From NCBI RefSeq assembly GCF_009914755.1, contig NC_060934.1: a stretch of 64,000 nucleotides of DNA; one strand, 5' to 3'. A program made the translations under genes and the position numbers. The notes under the pieces were generated by a model. The model was not told where the DNA came from. It did no database searches and saw nothing but the letters and a program-made list of their open reading frames with translations. Origin of the DNA: the human T2T-CHM13v2.0 reference genome, Homo sapiens. This document shows positions 17,915-29,900 of the stretch, one piece after another; position 1 is the stretch's first letter; each line of letters begins with the position of its first letter.

Positions 17915-20900
17915 GTAAGTGGGAGCTGGCAGGAGATTTGCGTTCCTGCATGGTGTTGGGTGCTGGTCACCAGGGAGTCCTGAGAAATGTAAAGTCGCCC
18001 TTGGCTGGGAGTGGCTCAGTCTACATTTGGCTGCCTCCTGGGCCAAGCATGGAGGGTGGGAAGGGGCCGAGAAGAAACAGTCCCAGGCCTAGAGTGCCCA
18101 CGGCAGGGATGGGACCTGGGCCGGGAGACAGGCTGATGAAGAAATCTAGAAATGCAAGGGGGAAGCTGAGGTTTGAGAAGAGTCCAGGGGAGGGACCCTT
18201 GCAGGGGTGGGGCCACTCAAAGGAGGGGGTATCATGGTTGAGCCTTGTGTGTAAATGTGTATGGGGTGCACACACGTGTGCATTTGGGGAGAATCAGGCA
18301 TACTGCTCCTGGCAGAGGGAACTGTGTGCAGAGGGTCAGAGGGCGGGGAGCTTGGCTTTGAGGGAAGCTGCTCAGCACAGCTCAAGGGTCCTGGTACCGG
18401 AGGAGATGGACCTGGGGAAGCAGGCAGGGCCAGGTCCTGAAAGGCCTTGCCTGGCAGGCTGAGGAGTTAGGCTTTACCTTAAGAGAAGTGGGAAGGCACT
18501 GAAGGGCTTTGAGCATGAGAGTAACCTGAACCTGCTGTTGGGGACCCATCAATGCCTTCACCTCAGGGATCAATGATGTTCATTTGTCAAGACTGGAGAG
18601 GGAAGAGGGGAAGCAGGAGGACCTAGCCTGCTAGAGCCTGGAGGAACCCGGGGCTCAGGGCAGCCCATGCCCAGCAGAACTGATGGGTTCTCGGGAGCTT
18701 TCTGTCTATGGTTGAGCCTGAGGCCATCGCTGTGCTAAGGAGTTGAATATCCAGAAGGGGACAGAGGTGACATCTCCCGGCTCCCGGCTCTGCACACCCT
18801 TTTCCTTTCCTCCCAGGCAGCCTCAGGATGTCAGGGCTGCACTTTCTGTTTTGCAGATGATGAAATGAAGGCTCAGAGACACTGAGTGACTTGCTAGGGT
18901 CCAATGGCCAGCAGGCTCCAGTCAGAGAGCAGTTGGGTCTCTCTGCCCAGCCCCAGGTTCTCTGTGAGCTTTTGTGGGATACCCAGGCTTGTACAGCTTC
19001 AGGGAGTCTCTGGATCATAGATGTCGCAACCCAAGCAAGTGTCCTCAGGGTCAGACATGCTAGGTTCTGGACAGGTGGGACAAAGAGGAAGCCAGGCTGA
19101 GGTGGGGCAGCTGTCCTGGCCCCCAGGGAAGCAGCCTTCTTCCAGGACAAGGGGCCATGGAGGCCTGCAGCTTCAACCAGACTGCTGGGAACCTGCCTTT
19201 GAGGAGGTGGACATGGCAGGGAGAGCCCAGTGCTGGGTGGTTTCCAAAGTCAGTTGCTGGCCAAGGCAGTCTGGCACTGGGCCTTGCACCCAGTGCAGCA
19301 GGACAAAGGGCTGTCCATGTAGGGACCTGCCAAATTGACAGGATCACTGTGACACTCACTGAGTCCCTACTATGTGGCCGGACCCTTCTCTAAGCACCTC
19401 ACATTCAATATCTCCCTTGAACCTCACAAGGAGTCTATGAAGTAGACACCAGTATCCTTATCCACAGATGAGGAAACTGAGGCACAAGTAGGCTAGGCAG
19501 GTGCCCGAACTCACTAGTAAGTGTGAGAGTCTAGGTGAGAATCTGAACAGCCTGACTCCAGGGCCAAAACCATACCCTGGTCGTCCATACCCCATGTGAG
19601 AGCTGGCTCGGGGTAGCAAGTTCACAGGTAGACCCCACCTGCAACAGCTGAGCTGCTAGCGAAGACCCAGTGTCCTCTAGGCACAAAGCTGGGCCAGGAA
19701 CGGGATGGGAGGAGATGAGGGAGCCACTGGAGAGAGATCTGTCTGCAGGCAGGGCCCATCTGCACCTCTCTTTTTGGTGTTGCCTTTTCCTCTGTGTCTC
19801 TCATAGAGACAAACCCATCTCCCAGGCCTCTGGGCAGCCACGTAGCAGGGGAAGGCCAAGGCATGGCAGCTCCCCTGTGCCTGTCACAGAACAAGTTATA
19901 TTAATAGATGTAGTCACAGGCTGGTCTGAGTCACCTTTTCAGTGAAAATGTGCCTGTCTGGACTAGCACGGCCCTGGGCAAGACCCTGCAGGAGCCTGAG
20001 GCTGACCCTTCCTTCTCAGCAGGAGGTCTGGAGCTCCAGGACTCCACACTGATAGCCAGGGCTCCGATTCCCAGAACACTTATTTTCTAAAACCTTAGAG
20101 TGGGAAGTGAGACAGAGGCTTCTCAATGCAGCAAAATCAGAACCAGCCAGGGAGCTGCTTACAAATGCTGCACCTGAGACCTACCGCACCCCTGCGGGAC
20201 TGCATGCTCCTCAGGGATGTGGTTACACAGCCTGGCCACTCGCTGGTGCACCACAGCCCCCGAGTGCTGGGGCAGAGGGAAGCCGGCAGGCACTGAGAGC
20301 TGAGATGCCTCCCACATTCCCAGACGACCTGCGTTCCTGTGGGTGAAGCTTCCTTCAGTGGAACGTTCCAGGAACACTCATTGTCTGGGAAAGGTGGAGT
20401 CATCAGTAGGGCAGGGGAGGTAGATAGAGCTCAGCTTCTGAGTCAGGCTGGGGAGTCCCAACAGCATCACTTACTAGCTGTGTAAGGGAGTCCAGCTCCC
20501 TTTCTGTAAAGTGAGGCATCAGTACTTACCTAGCACAACTGTTGAGGAAGCCATGACATAAGCATTGCTTCTAAAGCACCTGGCCCAGGTCTGGCACACA
20601 CAAGGGGCTTGAAGTGCTAACAGGAGTAATAGCAGAGCGTGACTCCACAAGCAAGGGATATCGTGTGTGTGGACACCGATGAGCAATATCTGGGACCACA
20701 CTGGCTCTCTCTGGATGGAATTTCCATAGGAATTATTTCTAACAATTTCTGCTGTGAAACATGGTGCTAAGAAATGACTCAGGAAGATCTGTCACCAGAC
20801 ATTTGAAATTAAAGCAAAGAGTTCAGAAAGATGCCTTACCTCTTACTCAAAGGAAAGATACTTACAGATATACCATCCATTGGAATCTCTGTATTTTCAC

Positions 20901-23900
20901 AATCTAACCCAGGGCTTCGATGGATGGATGGATGGATGGATGGATGGATGGATGGGCGGGTGCATAGATGGATGGGTGGGTGGATGGATGGATGGATGTG
21001 GTAGTCAAATGGGTAAGTGCGTAGGTGGGAAAGTAGATGGGCAGATGATGGAGGTGATGGAAGGAATAAGTGAACAGGTAAATGGAAGACAAGACTGGAT
21101 GGGACTAAACTCTTTTTCATCCTGGAGGATCTCTGAGTCTCCCTCTAATTCAATACCTATCTCCAATATCCCTCCATTCTCTACCATTCCTCCACCCAAA
21201 ACACACTTATGTCCATGTTAATCATCTGAGAAATTCTGCAGGGCACAAGTTTAAAGAGCCCTCAGGCAAGCCCTGAACTGGAGGCTTGGAAATCAAGGGC
21301 TCAGGCACTTGGTTATCTGGTTTATTTCACAATCTGCAGAGCATCGTGCGGGTTTTTCTAAACCTGACGCTCTGAGCCCCATGGGCCTGTGGACTTGCAA
21401 ACACCCTGAACTATCAATATGCTCAGCTGGGCCCCTGCCCTCTAAGTTGCTGTAAGTCCCAACTCCCCAGGAAGAGGGCAGACTGAGCTCAAACCATTCC
21501 TCAGAAAGGCAGAACCATGCTCAGCCTTCCAACCTCATCTGCACACTCTGAAGGTGGTGCATGCAGCTCCAGGAAGCCTTTGCTTCAGTGTTCTTTCCCC
21601 TCCTAACTTTGGGTGAGTTTGTCCCTTCCTGCTGCTGGTGGGTGATGCTGGAAGGAGCTGGGTGTGGCTGGGGCTGCTGTCTGCAGTCAGATGGCACAGA
21701 CAGGGACAGGAAAGGTTTTGTGGCTTCTCCCCACAAGCTCTGGCTCTGGCTACTCCACCCTGTTGGCCAAGGGGCTGAAGGGCAGAGCACTGGCCTGCAA
21801 GGGCTGAGCAGATCTCCGTGCCCAGGGAAGGGGCTCACCCTGTCAGGGCGGGCTACCAGATGGGCTGGGAGCCTGCTCTGCCCTCCCTGTCCCTGCCTGC
21901 TTTGAGCAGGCCTGGTTCTCTTGCAGATTGAACAGGAGGGTGTCACAGTGAAGAGCAGCTCCCACTTCAACCCAGACCCTGATGCAGAGACCCTCTACAA
22001 AGCCATGAAGGGGATCGGTGAGTGGGTGTTGGCAGCCTTGCCACCTCTGCTCAAGACCCCTCCGCTCACAGCCCTGGAAAGCGGGTGCCAGGGGACATCT
22101 GGGGAGCTGGGGTGTCCCATGATACTCTGAAACTGATTCCACTACCCAGAGAATCACACAGCCCTCTGTTTCTGCAGTGAGGTCAGCACCCACCCTGCAA
22201 GACTGGACAGGAGGGTGCTGCTCTTCCCTGGGTAATGGGGGTGGGGAGGTGAGCTGTGTGTCTCTGTGAGTGACTTCCCATCAGTCTCAGCTTTCTCACT
22301 TGTAAAGTGGCCCCAAGAATTCTTGGCCTTGTGTGTCACATGAAGTGTGAAGGGGGTGGTGCTTTATGATGCCAGGCACAGAGCTGCCAGGGGTGTGAGG
22401 TGTTGGGAGTTTGTGGGGCTGATTCAAGGCCCCCTTGCCCCATGTCGATGGCCATGGAGCCGGCTCCCTTCCCATCTCCTGCACTTGCCCAGTGCTGCCC
22501 TCAGCACTACCGTGAGTGGGCGAGGGCTGGCCTGAGGCCAGATTTAAACAGCTTGCCCAGAAAGCCCTCCTGACCTGAGAGCAGAGCATGTACCCTGACC
22601 TCACCCCAGGTGGGACTGACCCCTTAGCCGGCTCTGCCTGAGGATCAGGGGCCTTAATGAGAACTGCCGCTCCTGACAAGCCCAGAAAACGTTCTCATGC
22701 CCTCTGCTTTCTGTGAAGCAGAAAGTTATCTCCACTTCCCAAATGAGAAAACGGAGGCCCAGGGAAATGAGGCTGGCTGCCCAATGCCACGCAGTTGCTG
22801 GGCCAGGCCTCGGATTCAGGGGTTGGACTCTTAGTCTTGACCTTCCCCTACTGCGACCAACACAAAGGAGGGCAGGGCCAGAGATCTCACTCGGCCAAGC
22901 TCCAAAGGCCCGGGCTGATGTCCAGAGCCACCCAGACCTCAGATTCCATCTTGTGAGGCTGGCCTTGGGCACGCCCCAACATTGTGGGGGTGTGGGGTGG
23001 GAAATGGGGAGGCAGATTTCCTAAGGGTCTTGTTTACACCACGAAAATGGTCTGGGGGTTTGGAACTATCCAGGTGTCGGGTCCCAACTGCTCAGCCACC
23101 AAGCAGCTGCCTTCGCCTTCCCCTCCTCCGCCCTCACCAGTGTGTCACCCTGGGGGCAGCAGGGTCACTTGTGCTGTAACCCTGCAGGGACCAACGAGCA
23201 GGCTATCATCGATGTGCTCACCAAGAGAAGCAACACGCAGCGGCAGCAGATCGCCAAGTCCTTCAAGGCTCAGTTCGGCAAGGCAAGGGGAAGGCTGGTG
23301 GGGGTGGGGATAGGTGAGCCTTGGGGTTGGGGGTACAGCCTGGGAGGCAGCTCCATTCTGGACGACTTTCCCCTAGAGCCAGCCCACTGGTAGCATGGGC
23401 ACATGGAACCTGTTTGCATGAAAACAATTGTTCTTTATTGAAATTCAAATGTAACTGGCTGCCCTGTGTTTTATCTGGCAGATCTACTTTTAGGTGTCAG
23501 AGCCCGGGCCGGGGGCTGGCCTTCCTTGCTTCCTTTCCTGCCTCTTCTCTCACAGCATTCCTTCTCATGCACCCAACAGGCCCCACTGGAGGTCTGTCTC
23601 CCTGCCCCCAGGCTATCTCGCCCTGCCCTCTGAGCCCAGACCACCTTCTCTTTTCCATGCCCCAGGCATGCAGGCCTGGCTTTGCTCTGTTCTGGGGCGT
23701 GGGCATGCTTTCCTCAGTCGAGCTGCTTGCACCCACACCTCGTCCCTTCTGCCACCTGGGAATTCTAAGAGCCTGGAGTAAGCATGCCAGGCCCTTTGTT
23801 TCTCCTCCCACCTGCACTCCACCCCTAGGACAAAGCCTGACATTTGGGGGTACACAGTAAACACAGGATTAAATATGTGCACAGCCATGGTTGCCTCAAG

Positions 23901-26900
23901 CCTCTAGTGACTCATATCATTAGTTTGGAGATGTAACGAAGGAAGATCAGCTCAAATATTCTCTTGGAGAACCCAGTATGCATTTTTACAGTTTCCCTCT
24001 CTTAGTCCTCACAGTGATACATTCTTTGTATTCAAACATTTGGGGAAACTGGCACTCAGAGAGGTTTTAAGTTGCCCAAGGTCCCAGAGCCTGTAATCAA
24101 CAAGGTGGGGATTAAAATCCAGGTCTGACAAAGCCCTTGATCTCTCTGCTGCTCTGTAGATCAGCTGATGTAGCCTGGTGGCTCCTCGTAGCAACATGTG
24201 ACCTTAGAAGGAGGCACATGTGAGACGAAGTCTTTAATTCAGGCATGCATTCATTCATTGAGTGCCAAGTGACAGGTATTTTATGGTGATGCCATACTCA
24301 GAGCTTGCAGTCTAGCTAGCAATACCAATTTCATTTTACTGAGAGCTTATGATGTGCCCAGCACTGCACTGAATGCTGAATTGAGTCACACACAACCCCC
24401 TAAGCAACGGGATGAAGCAGGAGCACGTTTCTCTCCGTGTAACCGGTAAAGATACTGATGCTAAGAGAAGCTAAGGAGCTGGCCCAAGAAACCCAGCCAG
24501 CACGTGGCAAGGCCCATGCAGAATCCAGCCCAAGCCCCTGGACCCAGCCACCACTCCGCTGCCTGCACTCAGGTGGGCCTGGCTTATGACAAATATCACC
24601 TTTCCCTGTTCCCGCATTAGGACCTCACTGAGACCTTGAAGTCTGAGCTCAGTGGCAAGTTTGAGAGGCTCATTGTGGCCCTTATGTATCCGCCATACAG
24701 ATACGAAGCCAAGGAGCTGCATGACGCCATGAAGGTAACCAGGCAGACAGGGCAGGGGAGTGGCAGGGGTGCTCACATGACTGGGTAGGGGCAATGCGGG
24801 GACCGGGAACCTACAGCCCAGAGCTCCCCTTGAGCCACTGTTTGGAATGGCCATATGGGCCATAACTGGGCCCAGTGAGCAGGCAGCCTGCTGCTCAGAC
24901 TGCACCCAACACCTGGAGTCACTGGTGCCTGATTGACACGTTGAGTGGCCGTGATGAAGCCAAAATCAGTACTTCTCAGAACCTCACGAGCTCAGGTGTA
25001 CAGTGGTATTGGAAACCCACCTCTACAGTCCCAGGCACAGCCCCTTGGGTTTCCCTTTACCTCTCACTACTCTTTGCTTTTGCAGATTAATAAGGATGGG
25101 GACCCAGTAACTATAGTCATTTTGTTTGGAAAGACACTTGCTGCATGGGCACTGCCAGGCATTTTACACCCACGCTCCCTAATCTATCTTTGGCGCAGGG
25201 GAGGCTTCTTATTCCTGTTTATGGATCGGGATGCTTAGGCTCCAGGACATGGAGCAGCCTGTCTGAGACCACCCAGCTAAGGAGGGAGAGCTGAGACAGG
25301 GCTTCCCCGTCACAGCACTTGCCCTCAATGTTCATCACTGAAGACAAGCATGTGATTTTCTCATCACATCCTCCCACTTCAAGTGGGGCAGGGCAGTGAG
25401 GTCCTTCCTGAGGCTCAGGCATCTTGAGAAAAGAAGGTGTGGACAGAGCAGAAGGTCATGGCAGAGCACTCCAGCAGGCAGAGGTTTCTGTCCACAGGGC
25501 TTAGGAACCAAGGAGGGTGTCATCATTGAGATCCTGGCCTCTCGGACCAAGAACCAGCTGCGGGAGATAATGAAGGTGTATGAGGAAGGTAAGGGGTGGC
25601 ACAGATGGAGGGGCTCAGGAGTGGCCACAAGCTTTGGCAGCCTGGCAGGGAACAAGGATCAAGAATTAACCTGGGCCACACTAGAAAGGACCCTTTGGGG
25701 ACTTTTTTACCCACAGGTGCTGAGCACCTACCGTATGCCAAGATCTGTGCCTGATGGTGACACTGAACATGATTCAGACTTGATCTGTAAGCTCACCAGC
25801 TCCTCTTACAGGGGAGAGAGGCCTGTGACCAACTAAAATCTCTGCCCTTGAGGACTGTGGTAGTAGGGGGTGTGGACCCCAGGCTAGCAGAGGCCAGTCA
25901 GTCCTCCACATCATGTACCTAGTGGGGAGTTTTCCTGGAGGCTTTGGCTTTGCCAAGCCTTGAGATGAAATGGAGCTTGGTTGGCAGCCCCTAGCCTGGC
26001 TCTCTGACCTGGTCCATCTTGTGCTTTGAGCTTGGTTGGGTACGCATGTCGCTTCTAGTTGTGAAGCACCACCCAGGCGACAGCCACTTGGACACCCGGG
26101 CATTGCATCCATGCCCTGTGCCAAGGACTTTCTTTCCTAGAAGGCTTTAATAAGGAGAAGTATGGGGAACAGGGCTGGAAGGAGGAAAGCAGGCCCCGGG
26201 TAGGCTGTGGGCCTCTGCTTGTGCCTCATGGTCCTGTTTCCCTGCAGACTATGGGTCCAGCCTGGAGGAGGACATCCAAGCAGACACAAGTGGCTACCTG
26301 GAGAGGATCCTGGTGTGCCTCCTGCAGGTGTCACAGCCTAGGCTCTTGGGAGTGCCTTGGTTTGGGAGTCCCAACAGCTCCACCCCAGGGAGCAGCCCTT
26401 GAATAGCGCCACAAGAGTCAGGGTAGGGGCATGGGATAGCCCAGCAGCCAGGGCTCATTGGGTGTGTCTCAGCATGGTTAGAGGGTCCCAACTGCAGAGC
26501 CCCCACACTTGTCCTTACTCAGCCATGTGAGAGCATCCTGGAAGCGGGAGGAGAGCAGGTCCTTCGTGCAGACCTCATGCCAGGCACTTTGCTTACCTTA
26601 GCTCACTGAATCCGCCAAGCCTTATGAGGCAGTCCTTACCACCCCCGTTGTACAAATGAGGAAACCAAGGGCTGAAGAGAATAACTGGCTTGTCGAAGTT
26701 TCCACAGCCAAAGAGCAGCAGAGCCATGCCTACCCTCCAAGCCCAGGATCCCCCCTGTGCCCTTAATGCTCTGGTCAGCTGGCCTGCCTTACAGAGCCAC
26801 CTCCTCTGTTCCTAGGGCAGCAGGGATGATGTGAGCAGCTTTGTGGACCCGGCACTGGCCCTCCAAGACGCACAGGTGAGGCTGCGCCCAGCCGGCCATG

Positions 26901-29900
26901 TGGCCCCACCCCCTGCCATCTGGACTCCGGCTCCTCTGCCCACGGGGGCTTTCTCTGACACTGGGCTGGGACCCACCCAGCTCAGCTCCCTATAGGCCTT
27001 TGTCCTGTGGTGTCTGGGGAGGAGAGTGAGGGTGTTGGGAGACTCGGGAGGAAGGAGTGTGACTTGGGGGTGGGGGAGCACTAAAGCTCTGTCCTGGCAG
27101 GAACAGCCCATGAACCCGGGGGCGCTAGGCCCCAGTGCTGGACACAGGTGTCCGGGTCTCTGTAGGTCTGCCTGCTGGCAGAGGGAAGTCTGGGGACCAG
27201 GCAGTTCCTAGAGCAGCTTGTGGCCCAGGATAGAGAAAATATTCTAAGCCAGAGCTGCTAGAGAAAGGGGAGCTCCCTGTCAGAGACGACCAAGCAGGGG
27301 AGCATGCTGGCCTGGCAGAGTGGACAGGGCCAGGCCATGGCCACAGCTCTGGGACTCTGGGGCTCAGTCCCTCACCTCCCTGGTCTCCCTCACTGGCTTA
27401 TTGTGGGTGTCCCAATGCTAGGATCTGTATGCGGCAGGCGAGAAGATTCGTGGGACTGATGAGATGAAATTCATCACCATCCTGTGCACGCGCAGTGCCA
27501 CTCACCTGCTGAGAGGTACCAGGGAGGGAGGGGCTGGGGCCGGGGCCACAGGGGTGTCCTGGCCATGAGCCTCTCCCTCGTGCTTCTGCCTTGTCAAGTC
27601 TAGAGTTAGGGAGAGAGCCAGGGAGCCCAGGACTGTTTCCCCAGCCACCAGTGGGAGGTCAGGGCGGCAAATTGATGTGCGATCTCTGATCCGAGACACT
27701 GAGGGGCATCACGAGGAGGTCTGACCATCCCCTGAGCAGAGCCCTCTCCACAGTGTTTGAAGAGTATGAGAAAATTGCCAACAAGAGCATTGAGGACAGC
27801 ATCAAGAGTGAGACCCATGGCTCACTGGAGGAGGCCATGCTCACTGTGGGTAAGAGCTCAGACTTGCACGTTTTTCAGGCCACAGGGCTCACCGTGGGGC
27901 AGCACCAAAGAACAAAGGGCCTAGGGATGCGACCACAAGAGAAAGAATCCCTGTGTCACCTTCACGGGATGTCCCCCCGACTCACACTCTGCCTGTCTCC
28001 CTCACCCAGGGACTGCTCCACCTCTAGAGTCCCAGTGTGTGCTGCCAAAGATTGTTCTCTGTGCTGCCCACGTGGTGCCCAGTGCTGTGTGGGTGTGTCT
28101 GCATGAGTGTGTGTGTGCGTGAGAGTGTGTGTGCCTGAGGGTGTGTGTGCATGACTGTGGGTGGAATGTGAGTGTGTGTGTGTGAGACAGACAGTGTGTG
28201 TGTGTGCGCACACAAATGCATACGCCAGTGATTATGCCAGCCCCAACCCTGTGTGTACTCATGGCAGCCATGCAGGGAGCACTCTGGCTGTGGTTGTGAA
28301 GCCCTGGCCAGCACAAAGTCATCTTTCTGGACATGAACCAGGGGCCTGGCCCCTGCCTTCATTGCCAGTTGAAGAAACAGTGATGTGTGGCTTGAGTCCA
28401 AACTGAGTGACGGATGGTCTGATGCTGAGAAACACTGGGGATCTTCCCCACAGCAGGAAGTCAGGGCCACTCAGGAGGACCCACTCCAGAGCTCTCATGG
28501 GTTCCAGGGCTGAGATCACAATGGGAAGAGTCACTGCAGAGTAAAGAGCTGAGGCCCAGGGCAGAGGGACGTCTCTTCTCCCACTTACACACAGAGCCCA
28601 GGTCCGGACTCCTGGCCTGCAGCTCTCACCTCCACACCAGGCTGCCTCCGTGCAAAGCCAGCAGCCAGCAGGCTCCCTGCTGTTTCCTAGCCTCTCTGGG
28701 TGGACAGGGCCATCTGAGACACCCCAGCTGGCCTTGGATGCTGTGATACAATCCGGTCTATGTCAGGACATCTAATCACACCCCTGCTCCAATCTCAGCT
28801 TCCACCCCTGGATCTGGCCTGAACCCACCAAGAATGAAGTCTGCCAGCAGGGAATAGTGAAGCCATGCAGTGCTCCGTCATGCTGGGCCTTCCTATTCAC
28901 TTCACCTTGAAGCCTCGCATCAGTCTCACTTCCCAGATGAGTCAGGGAGGTTGAGTAATGAAGCCATACTGCACCATCAAGGCAGGAAGTGAACACATGC
29001 CTACCTCACTCAAAGCCCATGCTCCTTCTGCAGCCCTAAGTGAAAATGCCAACCTTCCCCACCCAGATGCCAAGTCTCTGAGCAGTACCCATGGGAGCAA
29101 GCATGGGCCCAGTCTCTGGACCAGACGCCCCCAGGTGCCTTAGTCCTGTGGGGCCAAACTCCACTTGTCACATGGGAATTCAAAATGCAGGGTTTCTGCT
29201 GATAAGTGTGAGAGAGAGGGCACTCTGAGGCCAGCAGCCACCATCCCATGGTGCTTCTGTGGAGCTGAGAGGCTGGATTTTTGGTGGAGGTGTCTCTGGG
29301 TTGAGAGCCCAGGGCCTGTCCTGAGTCTGAGCTGCCCTTGGATGGGCTTGAGCTGGTGTCTTCAGACGAGCCCCACAGTCTGGTGCATTTCACATCTTAC
29401 CCTTTTGCCTGCCTGCTTGGGCCTTTGGAGCTGTGCCCAGTGCCCCGGGCTACCTTCCCTGTCCCACGCCACCTGACACAAAGCCTCTCACATTGGGAAA
29501 GGCACGGAACAAAGAAATATGCCAAGCCTTGCACAACACTGACTCTTAAGACCTAAGGCAAGACATAAAGTTGTAGGCAGTGCCACCTACCAGCTCCAGA
29601 CATTAACACAGCTTTCTTGTTTGCCAGTGAAATGCACCCAAAACCTCCACAGCTACTTTGCAGAGAGACTCTACTATGCCATGAAGGTAACTGTCCTGTC
29701 TTCTTCTTCCTGACGCTCACCCTACATAGCACCAAGTGCAAAGCCAAGGAGCTCAAAGCCACCACGATCCTCCACACGGGGGAGTTATCTTACCCAAACC
29801 TGTCGTGGATCAGAAAGGTTTTAGTTCTCGGAGGTGAAATTGAGTCTGGGAAAGGGACGCTGCATCTCCAGAGGTGAATAATTCCCTGAAACTAAAACCA

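Noticed and set aside
17902-18462. 186-aa ORF overlapping ANXA8L1 exon 1 and intron 1
   Set aside because: It is out of frame with the annexin ATG, starts at GTG, and crosses a strong donor into G-rich intron.
23283-23284. Apparent splice-donor mutation (GC instead of GT) that would make ANXA8L1 a pseudogene
   Set aside because: GC-AG introns are functional and the joined frame gives the exact 327-aa annexin. Treated as a non-canonical donor.
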